Assembly (NCBI RefSeq): GCF_014831675.1 | Contig: NZ_VJXY01000060.1 | Location: 1 to 36,577 of the forward strand | Direction: 5' to 3' | Origin: Komarekiella delphini-convector SJRDD-AB1 | GTDB lineage: Bacteria > Cyanobacteriota > Cyanobacteriia > Cyanobacteriales > Nostocaceae | Length of the DNA stretch: 36,577 nt | In this document: positions 1-9,401 of the stretch, piece after piece | Numbering within the stretch: position 1 is the first letter of the stretch | Layout of the letters: each line of letters starts with the position of its first letter | The notes under the pieces: model-generated | Told to the model about the DNA's origin: nothing | Seen by the model: only the letters and a program-made list of their open reading frames with translations | The model's database searches: none | Position numbers and translations under genes: made by a program

Positions 1-2
1 GA

Positions 3-248
3 TTGATTGAGTATCCAATTTGGGATTGGGATCAAAAGCAACGGCAGAACCTACCGGAATCTTTGAAGGTGACAGCTTGGCGGTTGCACACTAGTACAGT
101 AGTGGAGTTGAAACAGCAAGCGATCGCCGCCTATCGCTCCCAAATCACAGACTTAATTGATGATGATCCAGCAGGCTTTCGTTTAACTGCTGAAATGTTA
201 GCGAATTTCACTCGTCCTTGGGAAGTTTATTTAGAGGAAACCCGATGA
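3..248 (+). CDS. PIG-L/LmbE-family deacetylase, C-terminal fragment (5' end outside window)
   Basis: The ORF is open to the window edge. 'KQQAIAAYRSQ' resembles the conserved C-terminal A-x-x-x-[HY]-x-SQ segment of PIG-L/LmbE deacetylases. Its TGA (246-248) overlaps the ATG (245-247) of the next gene (ATGA coupling). Only 81 aa are visible, so the family call is tentative. Confidence 0.45.
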   Translation: MIEYPIWDWDQKQRQNLPESLKVTAWRLHTSTVVELKQQAIAAYRSQITDLIDDDPAGFRLTAEMLANFTRPWEVYLEETR

Positions 249-835
249 ACCCATTACAATCCGACTCTTTACCACCCAGCTACTTCGATAAACTCTACAG
301 CGAAGATCCTGATCCGTGGAAGTTTGAAACAAGCGAATATGAAGCTAACAAATATGCTGCCACAATCGCATCTTTGCCCAAAGAACGCTATCGTTCTGCC
401 TTTGAAATTGGTTGTTCTATTGGTGTTTTGACGCAGCAGTTACAAAAGCGTTGTGATTTGCTGTTATCAGTTGATGTGTCAAAATTAGCACAAGATAAAG
501 CCATTGAGCGCTGCAAAGGTATAGAGCAAGTCCGCTTTGAGATTATGCGCGTACCAGAGCAATATCCTGATGAAATGTTTGATTTGACCCTAGTTTCAGA
601 AGTTGGTTACTACTGGGGATTAGAAGACATGAAAAAAGCCAAGCAATGCATTCTGGAACACTTGGAACCAGGAGGACATTTACTTTTAGTTCATTGGACA
701 CTTTATGCTCGCGATTATCCTTTAAGTGGGGATGAAGTTCACGAAGCGTTTTTTGAGTTGACTCCAGATAAACTGCGACATTTAAAAGGTCAACGAGAGG
801 AACAATACCGACTTGACCTGTTCGAGCGAATTTGA
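245..835 (+). CDS. class I SAM-dependent methyltransferase, NodS-like
   Basis: 'YFDKLYSEDPDPWKFETSEYEANKY', 'FEIGCSIGVLTQQL', 'LLSVDVS', 'FDLTLVSEVGYYW' and 'LEPGGHLLLVHW' fit the NodS-type methyltransferase pattern (DPW box, GCxxG motif I). ATG 245 is preferred over the track start 218 because of the ATGA overlap with the upstream stop. Confidence 0.8.
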   Translation: MNPLQSDSLPPSYFDKLYSEDPDPWKFETSEYEANKYAATIASLPKERYRSAFEIGCSIGVLTQQLQKRCDLLLSVDVSKLAQDKAIERCKGIEQVRFEIMRVPEQYPDEMFDLTLVSEVGYYWGLEDMKKAKQCILEHLEPGGHLLLVHWTLYARDYPLSGDEVHEAFFELTPDKLRHLKGQREEQYRLDLFERI

Positions 836-884
836 AATTAAAGGTTATACCAATTTAAAAAAAGAATGTGACAGATAGACCATG

Positions 885-911
885 TAGAGACGTTGCATTG
901 CAACGTCTCTA
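885..911. repeat. perfect palindrome 'tagagacgttgca t tgcaacgtctcta' (Nostoc-type dispersed palindromic element); possible bidirectional terminator between convergent genes
   Basis: Two 13-nt arms surround a single central base, read directly from the sequence. It lies between the + strand methyltransferase (ends 835) and the - strand GT2 gene (ends 1152). It is followed at 930-1020 by further GC-rich repeat-like sequence ('ctacgcgttggcggaagcctc...ctacgcgaacgtagagaagg'). Confidence 0.5.
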
Positions 912-1151
912 GCAAATGATTTGTTGCTCCGCGTCTATGCGTCCTTCTGGTGCGTCCGCTACGCGTTGGCGGAAGCCTCTGTCTACGACACGCTACGCGA
1001 ACGTAGAGAAGGCGGCTCGTAAAAAAATTGAATTTTGACAAAGAGTTTTAGCCTTAACACCAAAGACTTTTTGTAAAAATGTGGATAAAAGCAAAAGTAA
1101 CCACAGATAAACACCGATATTTATCTGTGGTTCGATTTAACAAATCTCGAC

Positions 1152-2390
1152 TTATGCAAGAAGTCTATTAGAAGACCCCAAACGCAAAAGTTCAAGGCGC
1201 GATCGCAAATCCTGAATTGCTTGCTCAATCTCCACGCTTTTCCAGCGAGAAGACCAAATTCCCTCTTCTTGCTGACGTTGTTCAACTTGTTCTAACAACT
1301 CACCAAAGGTATAAGAATGCTTGATTTTTTGAACGAGCCACCGCGCTGAAACGCCCAGCGTGTCTGCCAAAGATACTACACACCTGTGAGTTGGCTGATA
1401 GCCATTGAGAACGCACCACCACATCACTCGTAATTGGCGACGTGTAGTAAAACGAGTTTCAATAGCTGCTGCTGGCTCTACTAAAAATGATTGCTGTTGT
1501 TGTCCCATTTTTGCCCATTTACTCAACTGATTCGCCAAACCAATATCTGTGCGTCCGGTTTGTCTTGCCGAAGTTACTACACGTACTAGCGGACTGTGGC
1601 GAAAACGAGCATTTATCCGCACTAAAGCACGGTAAAACGCCACATCTTCAGGAGTTCGCACGGGTGGCAAGCCTCCTGCTAGTGCATAGATCTGGGCTGT
1701 TACTGCCAAACTTGCGCCATAGTGTTGATAGTGACGGGGAAAGCTGTCGTAGGGGTCGGGGTCGAGGTAAGTTTCCAATTCAGCAATTAAGTAGCGGTAG
1801 CCGACTTCACGCAGATGGCAAGCTCTGGCGTAGGGGTCTAAAGCTGCACGACTGTTGTGATCAGTGATAATTCGCCCCCCTACAGCATCAGCACCGCAGG
1901 CGATTTCGTATAGGTTAGCAGCAATCCAAGTTGGGCTAACTTGTGAGTCGCCGTCGGTTGAAGCAATTATCCCTCGTTTACGCCCTAAACTGCACAGGCG
2001 ACGGTATGCCTCATCCATCAAAATCTGGCGCACTCGACCAATATAAGCTTCTTCAGTAGGCAGAGTTTTTTCAACGACATGCAACGCTAAGTCTGGATGT
2101 TGTTGAGCAAAATTTCGAGCGATCGCAGCTGAATTATCACTACAATTATTTGCCAATAAAATTACTTCGTAGCGTCTGAGATCTAAACGTTGTCCTTCTA
2201 GATCAACTTGATGTAGCAAAGCCCTAAGGGTTGCTGCCAATGTCTGCGCTTCATTACAAACTGGAACAATTACGCAGACTTCACAATACTGTGATGGCGG
2301 TGTTTGAACTAAATGGGAAAAGTTCTTTTGGAGTTGTGCAGCCGGAAAGTCAGCAGCAAAAATCAAGCGCTTACTCTCCATAAAAACCAT
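1152..2390 (-). CDS. family-2 glycosyltransferase with ~150-aa C-terminal extension of unknown function
   Basis: 'VCVIVPVCNEAQTLAATLRALLHQ' and 'EVILLANNCSDNSAAIARNF' form a typical GT2 N-terminal nucleotide-sugar-binding region, and 'STDGDS' is a DxD-like motif. An alternative start (Met4) lies at 2381. Confidence 0.8.
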   Translation of the reverse strand: MVFMESKRLIFAADFPAAQLQKNFSHLVQTPPSQYCEVCVIVPVCNEAQTLAATLRALLHQVDLEGQRLDLRRYEVILLANNCSDNSAAIARNFAQQHPDLALHVVEKTLPTEEAYIGRVRQILMDEAYRRLCSLGRKRGIIASTDGDSQVSPTWIAANLYEIACGADAVGGRIITDHNSRAALDPYARACHLREVGYRYLIAELETYLDPDPYDSFPRHYQHYGASLAVTAQIYALAGGLPPVRTPEDVAFYRALVRINARFRHSPLVRVVTSARQTGRTDIGLANQLSKWAKMGQQQQSFLVEPAAAIETRFTTRRQLRVMWWCVLNGYQPTHRCVVSLADTLGVSARWLVQKIKHSYTFGELLEQVEQRQQEEGIWSSRWKSVEIEQAIQDLRSRLELLRLGSSNRLLA

Positions 2391-2704
2391 TTTTCCAACT
2401 CCAGGAAATCAGACACATATTCATTTAATACTCAAAAATTATTAAGATTTATAAACTTATTTTGGATATTTTATCCTTTAGTTTCAATCTATCTACAGCA
2501 TGACTCAGTCCTGATTCAAACTCTGTCAACAGATACAATCGAAGATTATTAACTTGTTTCTACTAAAATAATTACCAAGAATGTTTGACAGTAAATTTCA
2601 AATGCTTGAAATAGCGATCAAATATGATCCACAACCCCCCTTTTAACAACGGTTCTTCCCAAACGGCCCCAGCAGATATACTTGCTCGTATTAGTGAACA
2701 ACAT

Positions 2705-2735
2705 GATTCCCGACTTTTTAGTAAAGTCGGGAATC
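2705..2735. repeat. perfect 13-bp inverted repeat 'gattcccgacttt-ttagt-aaagtcgggaatc' (intergenic palindromic element)
   Basis: Read directly from the sequence, about 80 bp upstream of the GNAT start. No flanking T-run is present on either strand, so it is not called a terminator. Confidence 0.6.
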
Positions 2736-2813
2736 TGAGTCTTGCATCTCCTAAACTTGATATCCTTATACCAGAAGGTCAAACAGGCATGTAATCTCAA
2801 TGCTAGTCCTGAT

Positions 2814-3317
2814 ATGAGCGCTAACAAAATATCTCTTCGACCTGCTGAAGAAACAGATGCGTGGCCAATGAGTGCAATTCATATTGCTGCCATTAAAGCT
2901 TTGCCGCCAACTTTATACACCGAGAAAGAACTGTTAGCCTGGCGAAATTACCGTGACAAGCCCGATGGTTCAAATATCTTGAGAAGTATGAAAGTCGAAA
3001 CTTTCTGGGTTGCTGTCGAGCGTGATAGAGTCACAGGATTTGCTAGTTACATGGTAGATGAACTTATCGGACTATATGTGCATCCTAAATATCAAGGTAA
3101 AGGAATAGGACGCGCTCTAGTTGGACATTTTTGCAACGAAGCAGCTAATCATGGTATGGATAAAGTGATGACAACCGCTAGCCTTTATGCTGAAGGATTT
3201 TATTTGCGACAGGGATTTATTGCCATCCAAAGAGCGCCTCATCAATTAAGAAGTTGCATAATTGTTCCAGTTACTAAGATGAGTAAAACATTATCTGATA
3301 CTAATCTAAATTCGTAA
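2814..3317 (+). CDS. GNAT-family N-acetyltransferase
   Basis: 'LIGLYVHPKYQGKGIGRALVGHF' is the acetyl-CoA-binding motif A (Q/R-x-x-G-x-G/A), and 'YAEGFYLRQGF' is the C-terminal GNAT motif. ATG 2814 ('MSANKISLRP') is preferred over the track start 2742, whose N-terminus runs through intergenic-looking sequence. Confidence 0.8.
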   Translation: MSANKISLRPAEETDAWPMSAIHIAAIKALPPTLYTEKELLAWRNYRDKPDGSNILRSMKVETFWVAVERDRVTGFASYMVDELIGLYVHPKYQGKGIGRALVGHFCNEAANHGMDKVMTTASLYAEGFYLRQGFIAIQRAPHQLRSCIIVPVTKMSKTLSDTNLNS

Positions 3318-3370
3318 TAGTCTACGCCTACGTATTCAACTACTTTAGTGGTTTCGCTCCAGCAGTTTAT

Positions 3371-3415
3371 TCTTTGCGTTACTTCGCGGTTCCCTCTGTG
3401 TTCCTCTGCGTTTTT
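3371..3415. repeat. short dispersed GC-rich repeat, 'CTCTGCG/CTTCGCG' family, copy 1
   Basis: 'tctttgcgttacttcgcggttccctctgtgttcctctgcgttttt' has related copies at 14150-14190 and 20871-20916. Confidence 0.4.
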
Positions 3416-3515
3416 CTAATTTGATTACTAGAACTAGCCCTTTCAAGCAGACCATACTAGATAACTGTATACTTTTCGCAATAGCTAAACTACTTTTAAG
3501 TTCGGTAAATACTGT

Positions 3516-4787
3516 TTAACCAAACCACCGCAATCCCTTATCCTGTAAAATCTTCTCAATCTGCTCCATTTCTTTGATTGTCTCTCCAGCAACAATGCCG
3601 TAAATATCAGTGTAGATTGTTCCGTATTTAACCGACTCTTGAGCTGACAGAATGATAAAATCTTTGCGATCAAGTTCCGATTTTAAGGTTACTAGAATTG
3701 AGTCTAAAGCTCCAGCCATGCGATAACTACTCGAATATTTAGCAACTTCCTTTCCTAGTCCTAATAGGGTATGACGTTGTAAGCAGAGTGGAGTCGAGCC
3801 ATTAACTCGAAAATTGGCATCGATCGCATAAAGCTGTCCATCTTGATTTTCTAGCACATCGAAGCCAATAATACCAAAATAACCCTGCTGGTGAGCATAC
3901 TGACCGATGGCGGCAATCATCTCAAAAAACCTGCTCATATCGAATTGGCGGTAGTGAATCAGTCCGCCTAAATAGTTACCTTCTGGGGTGACGAGTTGGC
4001 TTGTAGTGCCGATGAGCGTTATATCTCCCGCCTTGCTAACATAAAATTGTACGCAGTAATTCTGTACAGTATTCTTAATAAACTCCGAGACAATAATTGT
4101 ATTCAACAATTTAATATCAAGGTATTTCCTCACTTCTTCAAAGCAGTAGTTCAAATCACTAACGCTTTTGATAATGTAAGTGCCTTCTCCTGAAAGTCCG
4201 TGAGACGTTTTGATCAAGTATGGGAATTGTGGTAACTGAATGTCTTCCAGACTGACTTGATGAAGATTGTAGCTCTTGTATTTCGGACATTGGACTCCCA
4301 ACTCGACTAGCGTCGCTTTGTCCAGCAAATGGTAGTGGGTGTCTGGCTCAACAGCGTGTTTTTCTTTGTGCAGACTATCAAAAGGAAACAGAGTCAGGAG
4401 TTTATCAAAACGTTCGCTTTGATTGAGATAATCCAGATAAAGCGAACGCTGCATCACCTCCATGTTGCTATAGCTGAAACCAAAATGCTCCCGCCAGTAG
4501 TCAACCAGCAATTTTCGCGGTGGACTAATAACAACTCCCGGAATAGCATCGCCTAGCACAGCTAGATTTTTCCAAGGTTCCTTCTGGCAAATCTTATCGT
4601 AGGATGTTTTACTAGCTTCATCATTGCCATCTTGAATAAAGTATTTTTTCGTATTAGGGTAAGCAGCCCAACTGGCAGTCGCCGGGTAATTTAAGATGAA
4701 CGCATAACGCGCATCTGTGATGTCTTGAGCAAAAAGATCACAAAGAGAACTTCCTTGAAAGTAAGGAAAGTCATATTTTAAGTTCAT
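3516..4787 (-). CDS. ATP-grasp fold protein, function unknown
   Basis: 'PYLIKTSHGLSGEGTYIIKS' resembles the ATP-grasp phosphate-binding loop. 'GIIGFDVLENQDGQLYAIDANFRVNGSTP' resembles the catalytic Mg-ATP segment (xEvNxR-like). It lies 56 bp downstream of por on the same strand. Confidence 0.6.
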   Translation of the reverse strand: MNLKYDFPYFQGSSLCDLFAQDITDARYAFILNYPATASWAAYPNTKKYFIQDGNDEASKTSYDKICQKEPWKNLAVLGDAIPGVVISPPRKLLVDYWREHFGFSYSNMEVMQRSLYLDYLNQSERFDKLLTLFPFDSLHKEKHAVEPDTHYHLLDKATLVELGVQCPKYKSYNLHQVSLEDIQLPQFPYLIKTSHGLSGEGTYIIKSVSDLNYCFEEVRKYLDIKLLNTIIVSEFIKNTVQNYCVQFYVSKAGDITLIGTTSQLVTPEGNYLGGLIHYRQFDMSRFFEMIAAIGQYAHQQGYFGIIGFDVLENQDGQLYAIDANFRVNGSTPLCLQRHTLLGLGKEVAKYSSSYRMAGALDSILVTLKSELDRKDFIILSAQESVKYGTIYTDIYGIVAGETIKEMEQIEKILQDKGLRWFG

Positions 4788-4843
4788 ACTAAATTAGTCT
4801 TGCTTTCTGTGAGAACTTGTGAATTATTAACAATTTTGTCCCA

Positions 4844-5842
<999 letters not shown>

Positions 5843-5861
5843 CTAAGGCTTTGAGGATGCG

Positions 5862-6059
5862 TTAGAGGAGTATAGTTATCTTTTCCCCGGACGAAGCTAA
5901 AGTACATGCAGGCGCATCAGCACGGCTCACCGTTATAACAATACGCAGGTAAGTCTGCCAAAGTTCATAGTTAAGGTTAACTCGGAAATAGCCACGGCGA
6001 TCGCCATTAAAAAACTTGATGTGTGGGTTGTCTGGAATCATTAAGCCGTAGTCGGGCAA
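5862..6059 (-). pseudogene. remnant of a PhoD-like alkaline phosphatase (C-terminal ~65 codons only)
   Basis: 'NPHIKFFNGDRRGYFRVNLNYELWQTYLRIV' resembles the C-terminal end of PhoD-family phosphatases ('NPH.KF....RGY..v.lt...w...yr.v'). The frame starts at a TTG immediately after an in-frame TAA (6060-6062). No catalytic N-terminal part is present. Confidence 0.5.
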
Positions 6060-6313
6060 TTATCTGCCTGCCGAATGCCAGCAGATATAGTCCTTGAGCG
6101 ATGGCGTAATAGCCCACCGTAGGCGATCGCATCAGTCGAGTGTATTCCGCGCTGGAGGATACAGTCAAGAATTTATGCCAGTCATTGGGGAAGCTGACTC
6201 GTCCTTCTTATAACTCCTGAATTTTTGTCAATACGTAACTTATGTGATAACTGCAAAAAAAGTTACGGTGGCAATTATTATTTATTAACTTTTTTAAATA
6301 TTTTAATTATCCG

Positions 6314-6433
6314 CTTAACTGCCTTAACTATCTTAACTGTCTTAACTGTCTATTTAATTATCCGCTTAACTGTCTTAACTGTCCTAAATGTCTTAACTGT
6401 CTTAATTGCTTATTAAATTGTTTACTTAACTGT
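6314..6433. repeat. tandem 9-mer array (consensus CTTAACTGT, ~11 copies, organised as a ~51-bp duplicated block)
   Basis: Units read directly: cttaactgc/cttaactat/cttaactgt/cttaactgt ... 'ttaattatccg' ... cttaactgt/cttaactgt/cctaaatgt/cttaactgt/cttaattg ... cttaactgt. The track ORF 6225-6416 is just its translation ('LTVLTVL'). Confidence 0.8.
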
Positions 6434-6700
6434 TCACTTACATTGTCTTACATGCTATTGCATTTTTTTAATAAATCTGAGATTCTTTGGAATAGTTTGA
6501 TAGTTTTTTAGAAAAAGTAGTATATATGTTATGTTTGAACAAAGCAATTTATTAATAGTATTGACAACATAAACGATATCTAAAACTGTTGCATATTTTG
6601 GCTTTGGATAACATCAATATACTTTCTTGGGCAAAACTATTCTGATAAGTAAGAGTTTTATAACTTCTTTAGCAACACAAATAGAGTAAGATATTAGAAT

Positions 6701-7240
6701 ATGCAGGCATCATTAATAAATAAGCATATTAATCCAGTTAACTTAAGTCCTTTTCAAAGAATTCTACTAACAAGTGATGGCACATTGACAGAAATATTAG
6801 AAGCTTATTTATTAGAAAAAATTCAGTTAGTAAAATTATCAGAAACATTACTCAGAGTTACAAAATATGTTCCAGCTTTAGACTTGGATATTGACACTGA
6901 AGTAATTGAAAGAAAAATCTTATTACAAGGCAAGATTAGTCTAAATAACTTTATTTACGCTGAATCCATAATTGTCCCTGAAAGATTAGATGCCGAGTTC
7001 AAGTCCAGACTAATAAAATCGCAAGAACCAATGGGTAGGCTCTGGTTAGAACATAGGCTTGAGACATTTAAAGAAATAATCGATTCAGCTATAGAAATAG
7101 CTGAGGACTTATCTGAATTTTTTAATATAGGAAGAGAAGACAAAATGCTTTCTCGTACTTATCGAGTTTTTTCTAACAAAAAGCCCATAATAATGATTAC
7201 TGAAAAATTTCCAGAAAGCTACTTTCCTAAAAACTTTTAA
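6701..7240 (+). CDS. chorismate pyruvate-lyase, Rv2949c/DUF98 type (predicted 4-hydroxybenzoate synthase)
   Basis: 'QRILLTSDGTLTEILEA', 'IERKILLQGKISLNNFIYAESIIVPERL', 'EPMGRLWLEHRLETFKE' and 'SRTYRVFSNKKPIIMITEKF' align segment by segment with M. tuberculosis Rv2949c as I recall it ('RILIAANGTLTRVLN', 'LQRYIILKG...FVAAESLIAIDRL', 'DPLGEVM..HIETFKE', 'RRYRVISGGQPIMVVTEHF'). Confidence 0.8.
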   Translation: MQASLINKHINPVNLSPFQRILLTSDGTLTEILEAYLLEKIQLVKLSETLLRVTKYVPALDLDIDTEVIERKILLQGKISLNNFIYAESIIVPERLDAEFKSRLIKSQEPMGRLWLEHRLETFKEIIDSAIEIAEDLSEFFNIGREDKMLSRTYRVFSNKKPIIMITEKFPESYFPKNF

Positions 7241-7303
7241 TTATAAAAATGCGTCGGGAAAACCCATGCCTTCTAGGGATAGGATGAAAGAGGCCCTAAC
7301 GCC

Positions 7304-7345
7304 GTTAACAGTCAACAGTAAACAGTCAACAGTAAACAATTAACG
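7304..7345. repeat. STRR-like heptamer array (gttaaca gtcaaca gtaaaca gtcaaca gtaaaca), intergenic
   Basis: Tandem 7-mers are read directly from the sequence, with the same CAACAGT/AAACAGT unit as at 19072-19169 and 29721-29748. The array is embedded in a 7250-7440 spacer with imperfect repeats ('tagggataggatga' / 'taggggtaagatga' / 'tctcatcccc'). Confidence 0.7.
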
Positions 7346-7531
7346 TAAAATCTCATCCCCTTTTAGTCTTTCGACTACACTCAGGGCTAACGGTGAGCGA
7401 AGCCGAACCGTTAGGGGTAAGATGAGCTTAATTAATCCCTAATTATGCAACTTATGGGCAGCAAATAGCTGTAATATATAAATAAATATGGAGTTGTTTA
7501 AGTATGTATATTGTTAACATCTGAGGTTATA

Positions 7532-9073
7532 ATGTTAGAAAAAAGACTTATTGAGGTTGTAAAAAAATATCCAGATAAAACTGCGATCGCTTATGACAAA
7601 TTAAGGATTAGCTATCAAGAACTTTATGCTAATATCAAAAATTTAAGTACCTATTTAAAAACAATTGGTATCGCCCAAGGTGACTGCATAGCATTAGTTT
7701 TGCCTAATAGTCCAGAATTTGCGATCGCCTTTTACGCTACTGCCAAACTGAATGCTATAGTTTTGCCAATCAATCCCCTCCTCAAAGAAGAAGAACTCAG
7801 CTTCTACATTATTGATAGTAATCCTAGTGCAATTATTACCAATAGTGATGGAGCAGATATCAGTCGTAAAATAATTTCAAAAATAGACAAAAAAATAGAG
7901 TTAATTATCCTTAATGATACTTGTCTACTTACTAAAGAAGTAGATAACTCAATAATTATAGAAAGTACCTCTACTTTTAAAGATGATGTGCTTTATCAAT
8001 ATTCCTCTGGTTCTACAGGTAGACCTAAAAGAGTATGTAGAACTCAAAATAACTTATATAACGAAGTTATAAACTTTACTGAAACCACTAATATATCTCC
8101 AGCAGATAATATTTTATGTATAGTGCCACTGTATCACGCACATGGGTTAGGAAATTGCTTATTAGCTGCTATACATAATGGCGCAACTCTGGTGATTTTA
8201 GAACAAGTTTCACATCAAGGAAAAACCATTGAAGTGCCATTTGTTTTTAGACGTTCGAGGGTATTAGAACTTATAGATAAAGAAAAAATTACTATTTTAC
8301 CTGCTGTTCCTTATATTTTTAATACTCTAGCAGAAACACCAGATGATACTCAAGTTGATGTTTCCACACTAAAACTATGCTTTTCTGCTGGTAACTTTTT
8401 ATCAAAAGATATTTTTGATAAATTTCTTCAGAGATTTGGCATTCCGGTGAGACAACTTTATGGTTGTACGGAAGCTGGTTCTATTGCGATTAATCTAGAT
8501 ACAAACTTAAAAAATACATATAGTTCTGTAGGTTGTCCTTTAAAAAATATTGACATTAAAATTATTGATGATGCAGCAAAAGAACTCCCAACTGGAAGTA
8601 TTGGAGAGTTAGTTATTAAAAGTCAAGCATTGACTAGAGGATATTGTAATAATCCAGAACTAAATCAACAGGTATTTCAAGATGGCTCGTTTTTCACTGG
8701 TGATTTAGGTAAGAAAGATGAAGTCGGGCGTATTTATATTACTGGTAGAAAGCAAATTTTCATTGATACAGGAGGTTACAAAGTTGACCCATTAGAAATA
8801 GAAAACATTTTGACAACTCATAATCAGGTTAAAGAAGCAGTTGTTGTTGGCATCAAAGGCTTGTTTGCAGGAGAAATTATTAAAGCGGTTATTGTACCTC
8901 AAAACCAAAATATTTGTGACGAGAAATGTATTTTATCTTACTGTAAAGATAGATTAGCTGATTTTAAAGTACCAAAAATTATTGAATTTCGTGACGAAAT
9001 TCCTAAAAGTCCATTAGGCAAAGTATTAAGGAAAAACTTAATTGATAATTTTTCAGAAACTATAAAATCATGA
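7532..9073 (+). CDS. stand-alone adenylate-forming enzyme (acyl/aryl-AMP ligase), predicted loader of the adjacent carrier protein
   Basis: The ANL-superfamily cores are present: 'YSSGSTGRPKRV' (A3), 'YGCTEAG' (A5), 'TGDLGKKDEVGRIYITGRKQIFIDTGGYKV' (A7/A8) and 'PKSPLGKVLRK' (A10). ATG 7532 is preceded by GAGG at 7523-7526; the track start 7511 is a TTG. The stop overlaps the next ATG (ATGA at 9070-9073). Confidence 0.85.
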   Translation: MLEKRLIEVVKKYPDKTAIAYDKLRISYQELYANIKNLSTYLKTIGIAQGDCIALVLPNSPEFAIAFYATAKLNAIVLPINPLLKEEELSFYIIDSNPSAIITNSDGADISRKIISKIDKKIELIILNDTCLLTKEVDNSIIIESTSTFKDDVLYQYSSGSTGRPKRVCRTQNNLYNEVINFTETTNISPADNILCIVPLYHAHGLGNCLLAAIHNGATLVILEQVSHQGKTIEVPFVFRRSRVLELIDKEKITILPAVPYIFNTLAETPDDTQVDVSTLKLCFSAGNFLSKDIFDKFLQRFGIPVRQLYGCTEAGSIAINLDTNLKNTYSSVGCPLKNIDIKIIDDAAKELPTGSIGELVIKSQALTRGYCNNPELNQQVFQDGSFFTGDLGKKDEVGRIYITGRKQIFIDTGGYKVDPLEIENILTTHNQVKEAVVVGIKGLFAGEIIKAVIVPQNQNICDEKCILSYCKDRLADFKVPKIIEFRDEIPKSPLGKVLRKNLIDNFSETIKS

Positions 9074-9324
9074 GAAGCATTGATTCAATCGAACAAAAAA
9101 CTAAAAAAGTTGTTTTAAGTGTTTTATCAAATAATATTAATAGTGAAGATTTTTCAGAGTACAGCAATCTTTTTGGCATGGGTCTGGATTCTGTTAACGC
9201 TATGGCACTAGTTCTAAAACTACAGAATACTTTTAATATTAAATTTGAAATTAATGATATTAATGTAGAAAACTTTCAAAGCATAGTAACTATTGTGAGG
9301 CTGATCAATAAAAAGCAAGGCTGA
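9070..9324 (+). CDS. stand-alone acyl/aryl carrier protein
   Basis: An 84-aa protein with 'FGMGLDSVNAMALV', the phosphopantetheine attachment motif (G-x-D-S). It is translationally coupled to the ligase gene. Confidence 0.8.
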   Translation: MRSIDSIEQKTKKVVLSVLSNNINSEDFSEYSNLFGMGLDSVNAMALVLKLQNTFNIKFEINDINVENFQSIVTIVRLINKKQG

Positions 9325-9401
9325 TAATTTTTAGAAACAGGCTTTCTTGCAAAACTAAAGACTCCAGCATATCCCTAAAGACCTGAAGAAAGAAGACTAA
9401 A

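Noticed and set aside
838-1041. 67-aa ORF on the - strand between the methyltransferase and GT2 genes
   Set aside because: It is made entirely of the palindromic and GC-rich dispersed repeat sequence ('ETLQCNVST' is the translation of the hairpin). It has an Arg-rich, low-complexity composition and no motif.
1487-2046. + strand ORFs 1487-1867 and 1864-2046, antisense to the GT2 gene
   Set aside because: These are shadow ORFs opposite a CDS with clear family motifs. They are Arg/Leu/Ser-rich with no motifs.
2313-2827. ORFs 2313-2552 (+) and 2618-2827 (-) in the GT2/GNAT intergenic region
   Set aside because: They are AT-rich and low-complexity. The second is built around the 13-bp palindrome ('IPDFTKKSGI'). 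Both overlap a likely promoter region.
6225-6416. 63-aa ORF 'LTALTILTVLTVYLIIRLTVLTVLNVLTVL'
   Set aside because: It is simply the translation of the 9-mer tandem array and is not a credible membrane peptide gene.
6314-6433. Possible CRISPR array (also considered for 19072-19169)
   Set aside because: The repeat units are 7-9 bp and directly abutting, with no unique spacers. There is no repeat of CRISPR length and no cas genes in the window.
6434-6700. Fur box, NtcA site and sigma70-type promoter upstream of the chorismate-lyase gene
   Set aside because: The best Fur-box-like stretch ('atttattaatagtattgac') matches only about 9 of 19 consensus positions, which is meaningless in sequence that is about 75% AT. 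No GTA-N8-TAC is present. The TTGACA at about 6562 lacks a properly spaced -10 element.
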